Positions 50,293-61,100 of a stretch of 64,000 nt of DNA are shown here, piece after piece. A program made the position numbers and the translations under genes. The notes beneath the pieces were generated by a model that worked only from the letters and a program-made list of their open reading frames with translations, was not told the DNA's origin and ran no database searches. Location of the stretch: assembly GCA_040905165.1 (NCBI GenBank), contig JBBDSA010000080.1:1566-65565 (forward strand), written 5' to 3'. Position 1 is the first letter of the stretch, and the number at the start of each line of letters is the position of its first letter. Source of the stretch: Cyclobacteriaceae bacterium (lineage in GTDB: Bacteria > Bacteroidota > Bacteroidia > Cytophagales > Cyclobacteriaceae).

Positions 50293-50942
50293 TATCCTGC
50301 ATTTAAACCCACAAACGGATTATTCCTTTTTTCTTCTCCTATGGTGGTGGAGGCTCCATGGCCCGGAAAAATTTTCACCTCATCCGGTAAGACAAACAAT
50401 TTCGTTTTAATGGCATTGAGCAAAGTTTCATGGTCTCCACCGGGAAGGTCTGTTCTTCCTATGCTTCCCTGAAAAAGCGTGTCTCCGGCTATGCACAGTT
50501 GGGAGGGTTCATGGTAAAAAACCAAGTGTCCTGGCGAATGCCCCGGAATCAGAAGGGATACCAAACTTTGATTGCCAAACTTTATCCTTTCACCTTCCCG
50601 GATATAATGGTCCACCTGACTGCTTTGGTATTGTGGGAAGCCATAATTGGGAGCATAGGCCGGGACAGCCTTTATAATTTGATCTTCCTCCTTATGGTAC
50701 CAAAGTGGAATATCAAACGTAGTCTTTACGAATGCATTGCCGAGAACATGATCAATATGACCATGGGTATTTAATAATTTGACCGGTTGGATTTTGTTTT
50801 CTTTGATAAAATCCAACAAAATCCCTTTTTCCTGTTTTTCATAACACCCTGGGTCGATGATCAAGGCCTCTTTGGTTTCATCATAAACCACATAGGTGTT
50901 TTCCATAAAAGGATTGAAGGTAAAGGATTTTATTTTTAGCAT
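50289..50942 (-). CDS. MBL-fold metallo-hydrolase (glyoxalase II/YcbL-like)
   Basis: NTHGHIDHVLG, PGHSPGH, GDTLFQGSIGRTDLPGG and PGHG. Confidence 0.92.
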   Translation of the reverse strand: MLKIKSFTFNPFMENTYVVYDETKEALIIDPGCYEKQEKGILLDFIKENKIQPVKLLNTHGHIDHVLGNAFVKTTFDIPLWYHKEEDQIIKAVPAYAPNYGFPQYQSSQVDHYIREGERIKFGNQSLVSLLIPGHSPGHLVFYHEPSQLCIAGDTLFQGSIGRTDLPGGDHETLLNAIKTKLFVLPDEVKIFPGHGASTTIGEEKRNNPFVGLNAGY

Positions 50943-51000
50943 TTTTTTTATTGGTTAGTTTTATTGCATCAAAATAACAAAGAATGATTTAATTTTAAGC

Positions 51001-52053
51001 ATGGAAGTAGATTTTTTACTGATTGGGCAAGGTCTGGCAGGTACTGTATTATCTTACAGGTTGATTAAGGCCGGATATAAAGTTCATCTTATTGACAAAG
51101 ATGAGAAAAGGACCAGCAGTAAAGTGGCAGCAGGGCTGTATAATCCAATCACCGGAAGGAGGATGGTAAAAACCTGGCAGGCAGATGTATTGTTTCCCGA
51201 AATCGAACCGTTCTATAAAGAGATGGAAAGTTTCCTTGGCAAACGATTCTTTTTTCCCGTGGGAATATACAGGCCTTTTTTGTCCTTTGAAGAACAGAAT
51301 GAATGGCTTGCCAAAAGTGCTGACAGCCGGTTCGAAGATTATGTGGACAAAATTTATACGGCCCCAAGATACCCGGAATTAAATGACGGTTTTGGAGGGC
51401 TATTGTTAAAAAAATCCGGTTATTTGGATATTTATTCTCTATTGAAGCATTACCAAAACTGGTTGGAAAAAGAGAAATTGATTACTTTGGGAACAATGTC
51501 TGAATGCGGCCTTACCCAAAAAAAAGGGTGTTGGGAATTCGATGGAGGTAGGGCGAAGGCCCTGGTTTTTGCCAATGGCCTGGAGGCGGGAAAAACCAAA
51601 TATTTTAATTGGTTGCCATTCGCACCGGTGAAAGGGGAAATTCTTACTGTTAAACAGGCCTTTGACACCAATGAAATTATTAACCGCGGCATTTTCAGAA
51701 TAAATCTGGGCAATGGAATGGCACGTGTAGGGTCCACTTATGATCGGACAGACCTGACCCTAGAACCCACGGAGCAGGCAAAAAATGAGTTGCTGGGAAA
51801 ATTGAACGAGTTAATGAAAGCAGGAAGCGTATCTGTTAAAGACCATCAGGTCGGAATAAGACCGGCCACTGAGGACAGAAGGCCATTTTTGGGAAAACAT
51901 CCTGAATTTGATAACGTTTATCTGTTCGGAGGTTTTGGGGCCAAGGGAGTATCATTGGCACCTTATTATAGCAAAGAAATGGTTAAATTATTAATTTTAA
52001 ATGAGGAACCTCAAAAAGAAGTGAACATAATTCGTTTTTTTAAGTATATTTAA
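51001..52053 (+). CDS. FAD-dependent oxidoreductase (DAO / MnmC C-domain-like)
   Basis: IGQGLAG, SSKVAAG, VKGE, VGIRP..DRRP.LG and GFGAKG. Confidence 0.85.
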   Translation: MEVDFLLIGQGLAGTVLSYRLIKAGYKVHLIDKDEKRTSSKVAAGLYNPITGRRMVKTWQADVLFPEIEPFYKEMESFLGKRFFFPVGIYRPFLSFEEQNEWLAKSADSRFEDYVDKIYTAPRYPELNDGFGGLLLKKSGYLDIYSLLKHYQNWLEKEKLITLGTMSECGLTQKKGCWEFDGGRAKALVFANGLEAGKTKYFNWLPFAPVKGEILTVKQAFDTNEIINRGIFRINLGNGMARVGSTYDRTDLTLEPTEQAKNELLGKLNELMKAGSVSVKDHQVGIRPATEDRRPFLGKHPEFDNVYLFGGFGAKGVSLAPYYSKEMVKLLILNEEPQKEVNIIRFFKYI

Positions 52054-52082
52054 AACATCGGAATTAACATGTAGGTAAGTAA

Positions 52083-55000
52083 ATGAAAGTTAAAATTCTA
52101 TCACTTATTTGGGTATTGGTTGGGCTATGTTGGGCAAGTAATGTAAGGGCACAGTTTGACCAGGAAAGGTTTGGAAAAAACAGAATCCAGCATAAAAACA
52201 AAGAATGGTATTTTTTCAGTTCCAACAATTTTGAAGTTTATTACTATGATGGGGGCCAATCCAATGCCCGCATGGCCATTGATTTTCTCGAAGGGGAATT
52301 TGATAAATTGACCCAATCCATAGGCTATGTCGCCTACACCAAACCAAAAATATTCATCTATAACTCCAATCAGGAGAAGATAGAAAGTAACCTTAACCTA
52401 AATACCAATAATTACACCGTTGATGGTCAAACTTTTTTCAGCAAATTGTTGGCAGAGGTGGCGTATACGGGTTCTTGGGAGACTTTCAAAATGGATTTAA
52501 TTTACAATACCTCTAAAATCATTATTGAAGAAATGCTCTATGGATCCAGCATTTCAGATGCCTTTCAATCCAATCTTGTAAATAATTTTCCCGACTGGTT
52601 CATCGATGGAGCAGCCATGTATTTTGCCTATGAATGGAGTTTGGAGATGGATGATTTCGTGAGACATTATCTAAAAGACAACGAAAATCCCAAACTGTTT
52701 AAATTAAAAGATGAGGAAGCGGCCTTGGTTGGCCAATCTATCTGGAATTTCATTGTAGAAAAATATGGGAGGCGGTATATTTCAAGTATACTTAACCTGA
52801 GCAGGATCAATAGGAATGAGGAAAACAGCATCGCCAATACATTGGGCAGACGATTCAGGGATTTTATTGGCGAATGGCAGGCGTTTTATACGGATTTGAA
52901 CAAGCAGGTTTTTCAGAATTTTAAAGAAATAAAAGAAGAAAATGTTATTGTTGAAACCCCTAAAAACCGATATGGAGCGATAACAGGAATAAAATTCAGC
53001 CCTGATGGCAAACATTTGGCCTATGTTATCAACAAGGAAGGAAAATTCAAAGTGAAAATAAGGGGCCTTTCCAACAACAGGGAAAGGGTGATTTTTAAAG
53101 GAGGGAATTCTTCCTATGATCAGGATGCTGATTATTCCACGCCCACCATTGCCTGGAGAGATACCTTAAGCCTGGTCTTAGGCACCTTCAAACGGGGGGT
53201 GACCATCCTTAGAATGAGGACAATTGATGGCAGTAGCCAGGATAAAATTTTCCTTCGAAATATAACGCAGATTTTGGACCTTGATTTTGCCTCCAACGGT
53301 AGAACAATGGTGTTATCTGCCATCAACAATGGTCGTACAGATATTTACACCCTGAACATGAGGGGACAGGGCCGGCGATTAACCAATGATATATTTGATA
53401 ATAGGACGCCGATTTTCGTCAATGACTCGACCATTATTTATTCCTCAAATAGGATAGACCTGCCAGATAGCCTTTTAACAGGAAATATCGATGTCAATAA
53501 CCTGCCGGATTATTATAATTTATTTAAAATGGAGGTAGGGGATAGTATCGTGAATACCAGGCTAACGAATGTAAACCATGTAAACCTTCATCCTAGGAAG
53601 CTTAACAATACCACAGTACTTCATTTAAGTGAGCAAAGTGGTATCATGAATGTGATGAGATTGGGTTTGGGAAATAATGTTTCGAGCCAGGTTTCTGCTT
53701 TTAATAAAAGCCTGGAATCATTTGACTATAACTTGAATACCAATAAATGGGCCTATGCTGTCAGAGATGGCATTCAAAGCAAGCTAGTTTTGGAGACTTT
53801 CCCCAATCTGGATCAATTTACTCCAAGTACGCCCAGGATTCAATTGGCACAGGCGAAGTTGTTAAACGAGAGAATTTCCAATCGCAGGATCCAAAGAGAG
53901 GAGGAAGACCAAGAAGATGAAGGAAGGGACACCCCAACTTTGGGTCAGGATGATTCCCTAATTCCTGCAGATACCACAATTAGTTCCCCTAATCTGGAAG
54001 AATTGATGTTGGGGGAGGTAAGTTCAGATGATTCCCTAGACTTCTCCGAAGAACTGGAAGATTCGGATACAGTACCCTCCGGCCAAATGACAGGGGCCAT
54101 CAATATGGACCGGTTAAGATTTGAAAGACAGGGAGGTTTGGATACCGATAATTATACATTTGATACCATACCTTCTCTATTTGGGCAGGAATCCTCCAGG
54201 CCGGTAAGTGAAGATCTCAACAATCAGGATAGAAGAAGTAATATTTTGGATGCTTTTCGCCAGCAAAGTATGGTTAAGCGTATTCAGGGGCCAAATAAAT
54301 ATATTCCTCAATTTATTACCTCGAGTTTGAATACCTCTTTTGTCGTGGATCCACTTCGGGGATTTGGCATGAGTCTGAATGGTAGAATGACTGACTTGTT
54401 GGATAATCATTCGATTAAAGGTGGGATCATGACCACCTTGGATTTCCGGTCTGGAAGCGATCTGTATTTCGAATATGAATATTTAAAATACAGGACGGAT
54501 TTCCGTGGCAGGTTTGACAGGAGATCGATTTTAAGGACTGAAGGTGATCTGACTTTTCAAAAATACGTTCTGACTAAATCAGAAGTGGGTTTTGCCTACC
54601 CTTTATCGGTCAGCACCAGGGTCAGCCTTTCCCCTTTTGTGGCCAAATCACAGTATTTTAATTTGAATCCGGACTCGGTTTTAAGGGGGAGTGACGGCGT
54701 TCAAAATAGATTTGATGTCAACTATGCAGGTGGTCGTGCGGAATTGGTAGTTGACAAAACCAGGCTATTGGGATTATATATGGAGCAGGGATTTAAAGGT
54801 AAAATGGGGATGGTGCATTATCAAGGGCTTAATCATGCAACACGGTCATTCAGCAATGTTTATATGGATTTACGGAATTATCAAAAAATCCATAAAAACC
54901 TTACCCTGGCCACCAGGCTTAACATAGGGAGTTTCTTTGGACAAAATCCTCAGAAATACCTGGTTGGAGGTATGCAGAATTGGCTGTTCAACCAATTTTA

Positions 55001-55490
55001 CCAACCCCCCACGAATAGACCCGAGGTGTCCCCGGTAAGAAACGAGTCGGGAATCGAAAATTCCAACATTCTTTTTACCGAGTTTGTAGACTTAAGGGGA
55101 TTCGATTACGATGAAATCAGGGGTAACAATGTCGTTACTTTTTCTGCCGAGCTCCGAATCCCCTTGTTTTCCTATTTGTCCAGGGGTAATATCACTTCCA
55201 ATTTTATCCGCAATTTTCAATTGGTCGGGTTTTATGATGCCGGATCCTCCTGGTCCAATTCGGCCCCCTGGGAAAGGGTGAATGATCAGAATACCGAGGT
55301 CATCAATACAGAAGGTTCACCTTTTGTGATCACCTTAAATAATTTTAACAATCCATGGCTGCAAAGCTATGGTGCCGGGGTCAGGACAGTTTTGCTCAAT
55401 TATTACGTTAAATTTGACGCAGCTAAACCGATCCGAAATTATTCAGAGGAAAAAACAAGATTTTATGTAACCTTGGGCTACAATTTTTAA
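52083..55490 (+). CDS. Exported multidomain protein: degenerate peptidase-like domain, TolB-like propeller and Omp85/BamA-type barrel
   Basis: Signal peptide (VRA-Q), FGKNRIQ, PDWFIDG, PD40-like FSPDGK, LRGFDY (VRGF-like), AELRIP, FYDAGSSW and terminal LGYNF. Confidence 0.75.
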   Translation: MKVKILSLIWVLVGLCWASNVRAQFDQERFGKNRIQHKNKEWYFFSSNNFEVYYYDGGQSNARMAIDFLEGEFDKLTQSIGYVAYTKPKIFIYNSNQEKIESNLNLNTNNYTVDGQTFFSKLLAEVAYTGSWETFKMDLIYNTSKIIIEEMLYGSSISDAFQSNLVNNFPDWFIDGAAMYFAYEWSLEMDDFVRHYLKDNENPKLFKLKDEEAALVGQSIWNFIVEKYGRRYISSILNLSRINRNEENSIANTLGRRFRDFIGEWQAFYTDLNKQVFQNFKEIKEENVIVETPKNRYGAITGIKFSPDGKHLAYVINKEGKFKVKIRGLSNNRERVIFKGGNSSYDQDADYSTPTIAWRDTLSLVLGTFKRGVTILRMRTIDGSSQDKIFLRNITQILDLDFASNGRTMVLSAINNGRTDIYTLNMRGQGRRLTNDIFDNRTPIFVNDSTIIYSSNRIDLPDSLLTGNIDVNNLPDYYNLFKMEVGDSIVNTRLTNVNHVNLHPRKLNNTTVLHLSEQSGIMNVMRLGLGNNVSSQVSAFNKSLESFDYNLNTNKWAYAVRDGIQSKLVLETFPNLDQFTPSTPRIQLAQAKLLNERISNRRIQREEEDQEDEGRDTPTLGQDDSLIPADTTISSPNLEELMLGEVSSDDSLDFSEELEDSDTVPSGQMTGAINMDRLRFERQGGLDTDNYTFDTIPSLFGQESSRPVSEDLNNQDRRSNILDAFRQQSMVKRIQGPNKYIPQFITSSLNTSFVVDPLRGFGMSLNGRMTDLLDNHSIKGGIMTTLDFRSGSDLYFEYEYLKYRTDFRGRFDRRSILRTEGDLTFQKYVLTKSEVGFAYPLSVSTRVSLSPFVAKSQYFNLNPDSVLRGSDGVQNRFDVNYAGGRAELVVDKTRLLGLYMEQGFKGKMGMVHYQGLNHATRSFSNVYMDLRNYQKIHKNLTLATRLNIGSFFGQNPQKYLVGGMQNWLFNQFYQPPTNRPEVSPVRNESGIENSNILFTEFVDLRGFDYDEIRGNNVVTFSAELRIPLFSYLSRGNITSNFIRNFQLVGFYDAGSSWSNSAPWERVNDQNTEVINTEGSPFVITLNNFNNPWLQSYGAGVRTVLLNYYVKFDAAKPIRNYSEEKTRFYVTLGYNF

Positions 55491-55508
55491 TGCCTAACAA
55501 AATTTTAT

Positions 55509-56390
55509 ATGATTAAATCGATGACAGGCTATGGCCTGGCAAATTTTGAAGACGAAAATTATTCGGTACAAGTAGAGGTAAAGACCCTGAATTCCAAATT
55601 TATTGACCTTAATTTCAAAGCACCAAGGCAATTTTCTGAAAAAGAAAATGAAATCCGGACCATGGTGGCAGGAATATTGGAAAGAGGAAAGGTAAACATT
55701 TTGATTGAATTCATTTCCAAAAAGGAAAGTGATCTCCCCCTTCTAATTCAGGAAGATCTTTTTCAAAAATACTACAGGAAATATACCCAATTGGCCAAAG
55801 AAGTGGGGGAATTGGCCACCACTGATATTTTTAAACTGGCATTGCAATCCCCCAATGTATGCCTGACCAATACAGAAAAACCAGAAAGTGGGGAAGATTG
55901 GGAAGTGGTTAAAAATGTGTTAATACAGGCACTGAATGATTGCGATGATTTTAGAATGAAAGAGGGCCAGGTTCTTTTTAACAGATTCAAAGAAAATGCA
56001 GCCATCTTAGAGGAGGGATTAGAAGAAATTAAGGTGCTGGTTCCCGCCCGTAAGCATAAACTCAAAGAAAAGATCCGGAATCATTTTGCGGAATGGGTGC
56101 AGGAGCAAAGCTTTGACGAAAACCGTTTTGAGCAGGAGCTGATCTATTATTTTGAAAAACTCGATATTTCTGAAGAAATTGTAAGGTTGGATACCCATTT
56201 AAAATTATTCATTGAGGTGCTGTTATTGGGAACTTCGCAGGGAAAAAAAATGGGATTTATTAGCCAGGAGATTGGTAGAGAAATCAATACCATTGGATCC
56301 AAAGCCAATGATGCGGCCATGCAACACCTGGTGATCAAAATGAAAGATGAATTGGAAAAAATTAAAGAACAGTCCTTAAATATTTTATAA
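55509..56390 (+). CDS. YicC/YloC family endoribonuclease
   Basis: MIKSMTGYG, EVKTLNSK, EKLDISEE.VRL and QEIGREINTIGSKA. Confidence 0.93.
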   Translation: MIKSMTGYGLANFEDENYSVQVEVKTLNSKFIDLNFKAPRQFSEKENEIRTMVAGILERGKVNILIEFISKKESDLPLLIQEDLFQKYYRKYTQLAKEVGELATTDIFKLALQSPNVCLTNTEKPESGEDWEVVKNVLIQALNDCDDFRMKEGQVLFNRFKENAAILEEGLEEIKVLVPARKHKLKEKIRNHFAEWVQEQSFDENRFEQELIYYFEKLDISEEIVRLDTHLKLFIEVLLLGTSQGKKMGFISQEIGREINTIGSKANDAAMQHLVIKMKDELEKIKEQSLNIL

Positions 56391-56564
56391 GTTCATTTTT
56401 CGATTTTGGCGGCAAATTTAACCAATTCTGCAATAATCATCCCGAAAGAAACCAGTAGCAGGGGAGACACAAAAGGGCTCAAGAGATGCTCCAAATACAT
56501 TCCTGGACATACTTTCTTATGATTCAGATTTGAGAAGCAAAATATAGAATAGTGACTATAAAGC

Positions 56565-56603
56565 AAAAAAATGCCATCGATTTTATACCGATGGCATTTT
56601 TTT
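56565..56603. terminator. Bidirectional intrinsic terminator (yicC / tonB)
   Basis: 15-bp perfect stem AAAAAAATGCCATCG / CGATGGCATTTTTTT with a 9-nt loop. Confidence 0.9.
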
Positions 56604-56621
56604 ATATAAAAATGTTAAATC

Positions 56622-57296
56622 TTAACTTAATTTAAAACGTATCGGAAGCCTCATTTTTACCCTTACAGGTCGGCCTCTCTGTCTTCCAGGTTCCCATGCA
56701 GGTGCATTTTTTACCACTCTCAAGGCTTCTTCATCACATCCTCCACCGATACCCCTAAGGATATCCACATCCTGGATGGATCCATCTGTATTGACCACGA
56801 AAACAACGTAAACGGTACCCTCAATACCCATTCGTCTTGCCTGCGTAGGGTATTTGAGGTTTTTAGAAAGGTATTTATTCCAACCTTCCATTCCTCCGGG
56901 AGGCGTGGGCATGTTTTCAACTACGTCAAAAATTTCATCTGCTTTTTCAACTACCGGTGCATCCTCAATGACAACCTCTTTGATGACAGTCTCTTCCTGA
57001 ACGTCAACATCAAAATTTACTTCAATTTTTTCTTCAATTTCCACCTCATCAGGGATTTCCTTAATCTCAGGCTGTTCTATTGGAGGTGGAGGTGGTGGCG
57101 GTTGCTCGGTAATTGGGATATCCAATAATTCTTCAAATTCATCATTGATTGATCCCAAGTCTTTAAGCAAACCATCATCAAATGATTTGTATTCAAAGGC
57201 AAAAAGGACCAGACCAACACTGACCATCAATCCAAGATTCAGGAACATACCTGTTTTTTTGGACAAATCGGCTTTAGGTGTTTTTTTGTCTTCCAT
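56622..57296 (-). CDS. tonB: Energy transducer TonB
   Basis: N-terminal TM, polyproline PPPPPPP linker, and TonB-C domain LKYP.QARRMGIEGTV...CDEEALRVV...WEPG.QRGRPV. Confidence 0.92.
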   Translation of the reverse strand: MEDKKTPKADLSKKTGMFLNLGLMVSVGLVLFAFEYKSFDDGLLKDLGSINDEFEELLDIPITEQPPPPPPPIEQPEIKEIPDEVEIEEKIEVNFDVDVQEETVIKEVVIEDAPVVEKADEIFDVVENMPTPPGGMEGWNKYLSKNLKYPTQARRMGIEGTVYVVFVVNTDGSIQDVDILRGIGGGCDEEALRVVKNAPAWEPGRQRGRPVRVKMRLPIRFKLS

Positions 57297-57366
57297 TTTA
57301 TAACTCCTTTTTAATGTGTGGATTCTTTTTTATTAACAAGTAACAATCATAACAAATTATTTCTAT

Positions 57367-57753
57367 TTATACAAGAATGCTACCTTTCTTATTTAGATAA
57401 ACAAAAACAATTGTACCAATAGTTCCGCCTGCAATATTGGCCATAATATCCAGGTAATCAAATGATCGGCCTGGCACCAATTGTTGAAGGAACTCTGTAA
57501 ATATAGCCAAAAAAATCCATAAAACTAAATAATTAGTAAAAAATTTACTTTTCTTCCCATCATTTTCATTGGTATAAGCATTGATGACGCGGCACCATAA
57601 AAATGCAAGGCCAAAAAACAAGCAGAAATGTATGATTTTATCGAAGCCGCGAAAACGGGGCATTTTCGGAACATTACTTTCTGGCGAATATAAGGCATAA
57701 ATAATCCCTAAAGTCCAGGCGATTGCTGGGATAAGTCTTCGGTTCAAATCCAA
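57367..57753 (-). CDS. VanZ family membrane protein
   Basis: DKIIHF and EFLQQLVPGRSFDYLDIMANIAG. Confidence 0.9.
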   Translation of the reverse strand: MDLNRRLIPAIAWTLGIIYALYSPESNVPKMPRFRGFDKIIHFCLFFGLAFLWCRVINAYTNENDGKKSKFFTNYLVLWIFLAIFTEFLQQLVPGRSFDYLDIMANIAGGTIGTIVFVYLNKKGSILV

Positions 57754-57756
57754 ATA

Positions 57757-58134
57757 TTATTTGCCTAATAATGCCTTATAATCTTCAGCGGATAACAATG
57801 AAGTGGAAGATTCCCCATCCAATTTGATTTTTATCATCCAGCCTGAACCATAGGGTTCATCATTTACCAATTCAGGGGATGCTTCCAGTTCCGGGTTGAT
57901 TTCCATCACTTCCCCTGACAGAGGCATAAATAGGTCTGATACAGTTTTAACGGCTTCAACGGTCCCGAAAACTTCTCCCTCCTTCAAATTTTCTCCGACA
58001 GTTTCAACCTCTATAAACACAATATCACCCAATTCTTTTTGGGCAAAATCAGTTATGCCAACTGTGGCAATATCACCTTCAATTTTGACCCATTCATGGT
58101 CTTTGGTGTATTTTAAATCATTGGGATAATTCAT
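57757..58134 (-). CDS. gcvH: Glycine cleavage system H protein
   Basis: [22 protein letters not shown], lipoyl motif VEAVKTVSD and PYGSGW. ATG at 58134. -7 box TATTTTTG at 58160-58153. Confidence 0.96.
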   Translation of the reverse strand: MNYPNDLKYTKDHEWVKIEGDIATVGITDFAQKELGDIVFIEVETVGENLKEGEVFGTVEAVKTVSDLFMPLSGEVMEINPELEASPELVNDEPYGSGWMIKIKLDGESSTSLLSAEDYKALLGK

Positions 58135-58183
58135 AGTTTCTCTATTGGTTTTCAAAAATACAATGTTTCCCTTAAGGATAAAA

Positions 58184-61100
58184 TCATTGACTTAAATTAA
58201 ATGTCAATTGACCCCCAAAAGCTGTTGAACTTCTTCGGAAGGCTGTAGAAACCTTAGGGTCATTGATGGTCCGATCAAAATAAAATTGGACATTGAGCTT
58301 TTGGTTTACCACATATCCGATACTGGGTCGGACCTGAATATTGAGGTTGCCATTAGTTAAAGTATTTATTTCTTCAATCTTTCGCTGAATGGTTTTGGTG
58401 TCCACAATTCGTGTAGAAATCCGGATGGTAAGGTCATTGTTCAATATTTGCTGCCTACCCTGAATTTTGAAGGGGACTCTGACTCCTGCTTTCGTATATC
58501 CTAAGTCAAACCTGAAATCCTGGCTGTTTTGTTCTGTCACTTGTGCATTTGAAAAATTCAATCCGATATTACGTTCTGTGTTATATTCAAAGCTGATGTT
58601 CATCCTGTCCTTGGTCAGTAAATCTACTCCAATTAATGGAGCAAAACGCTCCCAAATGACTACCTGGTTCAGTATAAGTATTGGAATATAGGAACCAAAT
58701 TCATCAGTAAGACTGGCAAGTGGCAATTGTTGGAGCGTATTGTATAATTCCAATCCCTCCTGATAGAGCAGGGAGTTGGAGAAATTGCTCACCTCATAAG
58801 CAGAAGCATAATTATGTGTGAGGTTAATGGAAGAGAAATAGTCGCTTAATGCAGGTAATCTGGCCAGACCCCGGTATTCCAACCGCCAATTGGGTAGGGG
58901 AAATTTCGGGAATGGATTTAATGAAACCGATTCAGCTGCTTGACCCGAATAGGCAGCCAGAAACGCCGGCACCAATACATTTTGCCCATTAATATTATAG
59001 GCCCCTCCAGGATTTTCAGTTTCTAGCCTGGATTGGATAATCCCCCGGTAATTTTCAAAGTCTGAAAACAAGGGAGAATTGTTCTGAGCATCGTCTTTGG
59101 CAAACACTGTTTTAATTACATTATAACTGATACTGTAAGCACCAGCCCTATTTGGATTAATTGAGGTGTAATTTTCGCTTCCTGGGCTTGATCTTCGGAA
59201 AATCTCACTGTAATCTCCGTTTTCCCTTTTTCGGATATCCAGAGTGATACGGAAATCTTTGATTGGTTCTACTAATGAGGACATCTGGAGGTTTCTGACC
59301 TCACTTTGCCGGAAAGTCTGGGTTAGCGCTGTACTTGAAGCCATAACACCCCTATTGGCCAGGTCATTTCGGATATTACTGTTTTGGCTCCCCAAAAGAA
59401 AACCCAATCCCGGATTCATAAAACTTCTATCCATGCCAAACAATCCGGTATTTTCCAAGTAACCGGGCAGAAAGGTGCCTTGTGTAATCTGGTACCTGAA
59501 ATTCACTTCTTTTACCATCATGAGGAATTTCAATAAATCGGCACTAAATCCTTCTGTTAAAGGTTCATCGCTTTCTTCTTCCTCAGATGCTGCAGGCTGT
59601 CTTCCGGGAATGGTAGGCCTTTTTGGAGCATTGAGGGCATTTAATCGTTTATTTTTGTTATAAAGCTGGATAAGGTCCAATTTTCCGGTTACGGAGCGAT
59701 CCCTTGTATTTTGAATGACATTACCCAGGGTATCTCTTTGTCCAAGGGATCCTGTCATCCAGGCATAAGTGCCCTCATACCTGACATCGGCCTTAATCCA
59801 ATCTGTAAGGGGTGATTTGTCAAGAGGTAAACTGTAGTTGACCACAGCCTGATGATTATAATTGGTGGTCCTTCCCAACCTTCGGATATTGTTCCTGAGG
59901 GAATCTAATTTTCCTTCGGTATCCAGGTCCCCTTCCGGTTCATCCACTACTGCATTTACACTGGAATTTAGGTCAAATGAAAGGTTTTCTGTCAGGTCCC
60001 AATTTAAACTGTAGAAACGGTTGATGAAAAAACTTTTTTGAAAAAGTGGATCCACCCCTGCGGTGGAAAGTTGGTCATTCCGGTTTTGGGTACGCATAAA
60101 CCTTCTGTCTACATCCACCCTGGCAGAAACCAGGGATGGAGAAAAGTTTATGTTAAAATCGCGAAGCAATTGAAGGTGATCACCTGCCAGGAATCCCATG
60201 TTTTTAAAAGGCTCGACAATCATTGGATTGGGTTGGAAATTGTAGGCTATACTTCCCCTGTAGGTTTCGAATTCATAGCGTTCCATTTGTATATTACTTT
60301 GTATCACCGATCCAAAGGCATAGGATAAGGAAAAATTCTCCAAGTCATAGATCCGGTTGGTTTCTTTTTCCGGATTTCTGATTTTTCTTATATTATTCAA
60401 GCTGAAATTTTTACGTTTCGATTGATCAAGGACCAGGTTTTGGTAGGCCACCTTTTCCCCATCGGTTCGAAATTTCTGAAGGGCCAATTCGAAAGGCACA
60501 TCCGGGTTCAAAGGGTCAAATTCTGGTTTTGTCGTGGAGTTTTCCAAACTTACATATAAGGGGATGCTGATACCCAAACCTTGGGGCAGAATCTTGTCCA
60601 CATTGACATTAGCGGAAATATCATATTGGGTGGTAGATTCTCTTGCCCTTTCTGAAAGCCTGGTTTCCAGTCCTCCAAAACCAAAACTATTGTGCCGTAT
60701 GGATGAGGATATCACTGCAACATCTGCAATTTGGGCATTCAACCGGGCGTTAGCAGCCCAACCTGAAGATTTATTGAAATCTGTCGCCCGCAGTTCATTG
60801 GCCCATACACAAACAGATTTACTTGCACCACCGGTATTTCCGGGATTCTTGATCCCAATCATCATTCCCTGGACAAAATTCAATTCCGGTCTTCCCACTA
60901 CCGTCACTTTGTATTGTCTGACCTGAATGGAATAGGGGAGGTTTTGAGGCCTTTGGTTGTTGTCTCTTTCCGCTTTTACACCCACCAATTCATCTATTCC
61001 TATGTCTATCTCATTTTCCAATGGCCAAATCTGACGATTGTCCCTGGTCCCGGGCGGAGTGATTGCCAGGGGCAACTCAATTTCATAATAATTGTCAGTA

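Noticed and set aside
57083-57105. GGT/GGA triplet run in tonB
   Set aside because: Encodes the ordinary polyproline linker of TonB.
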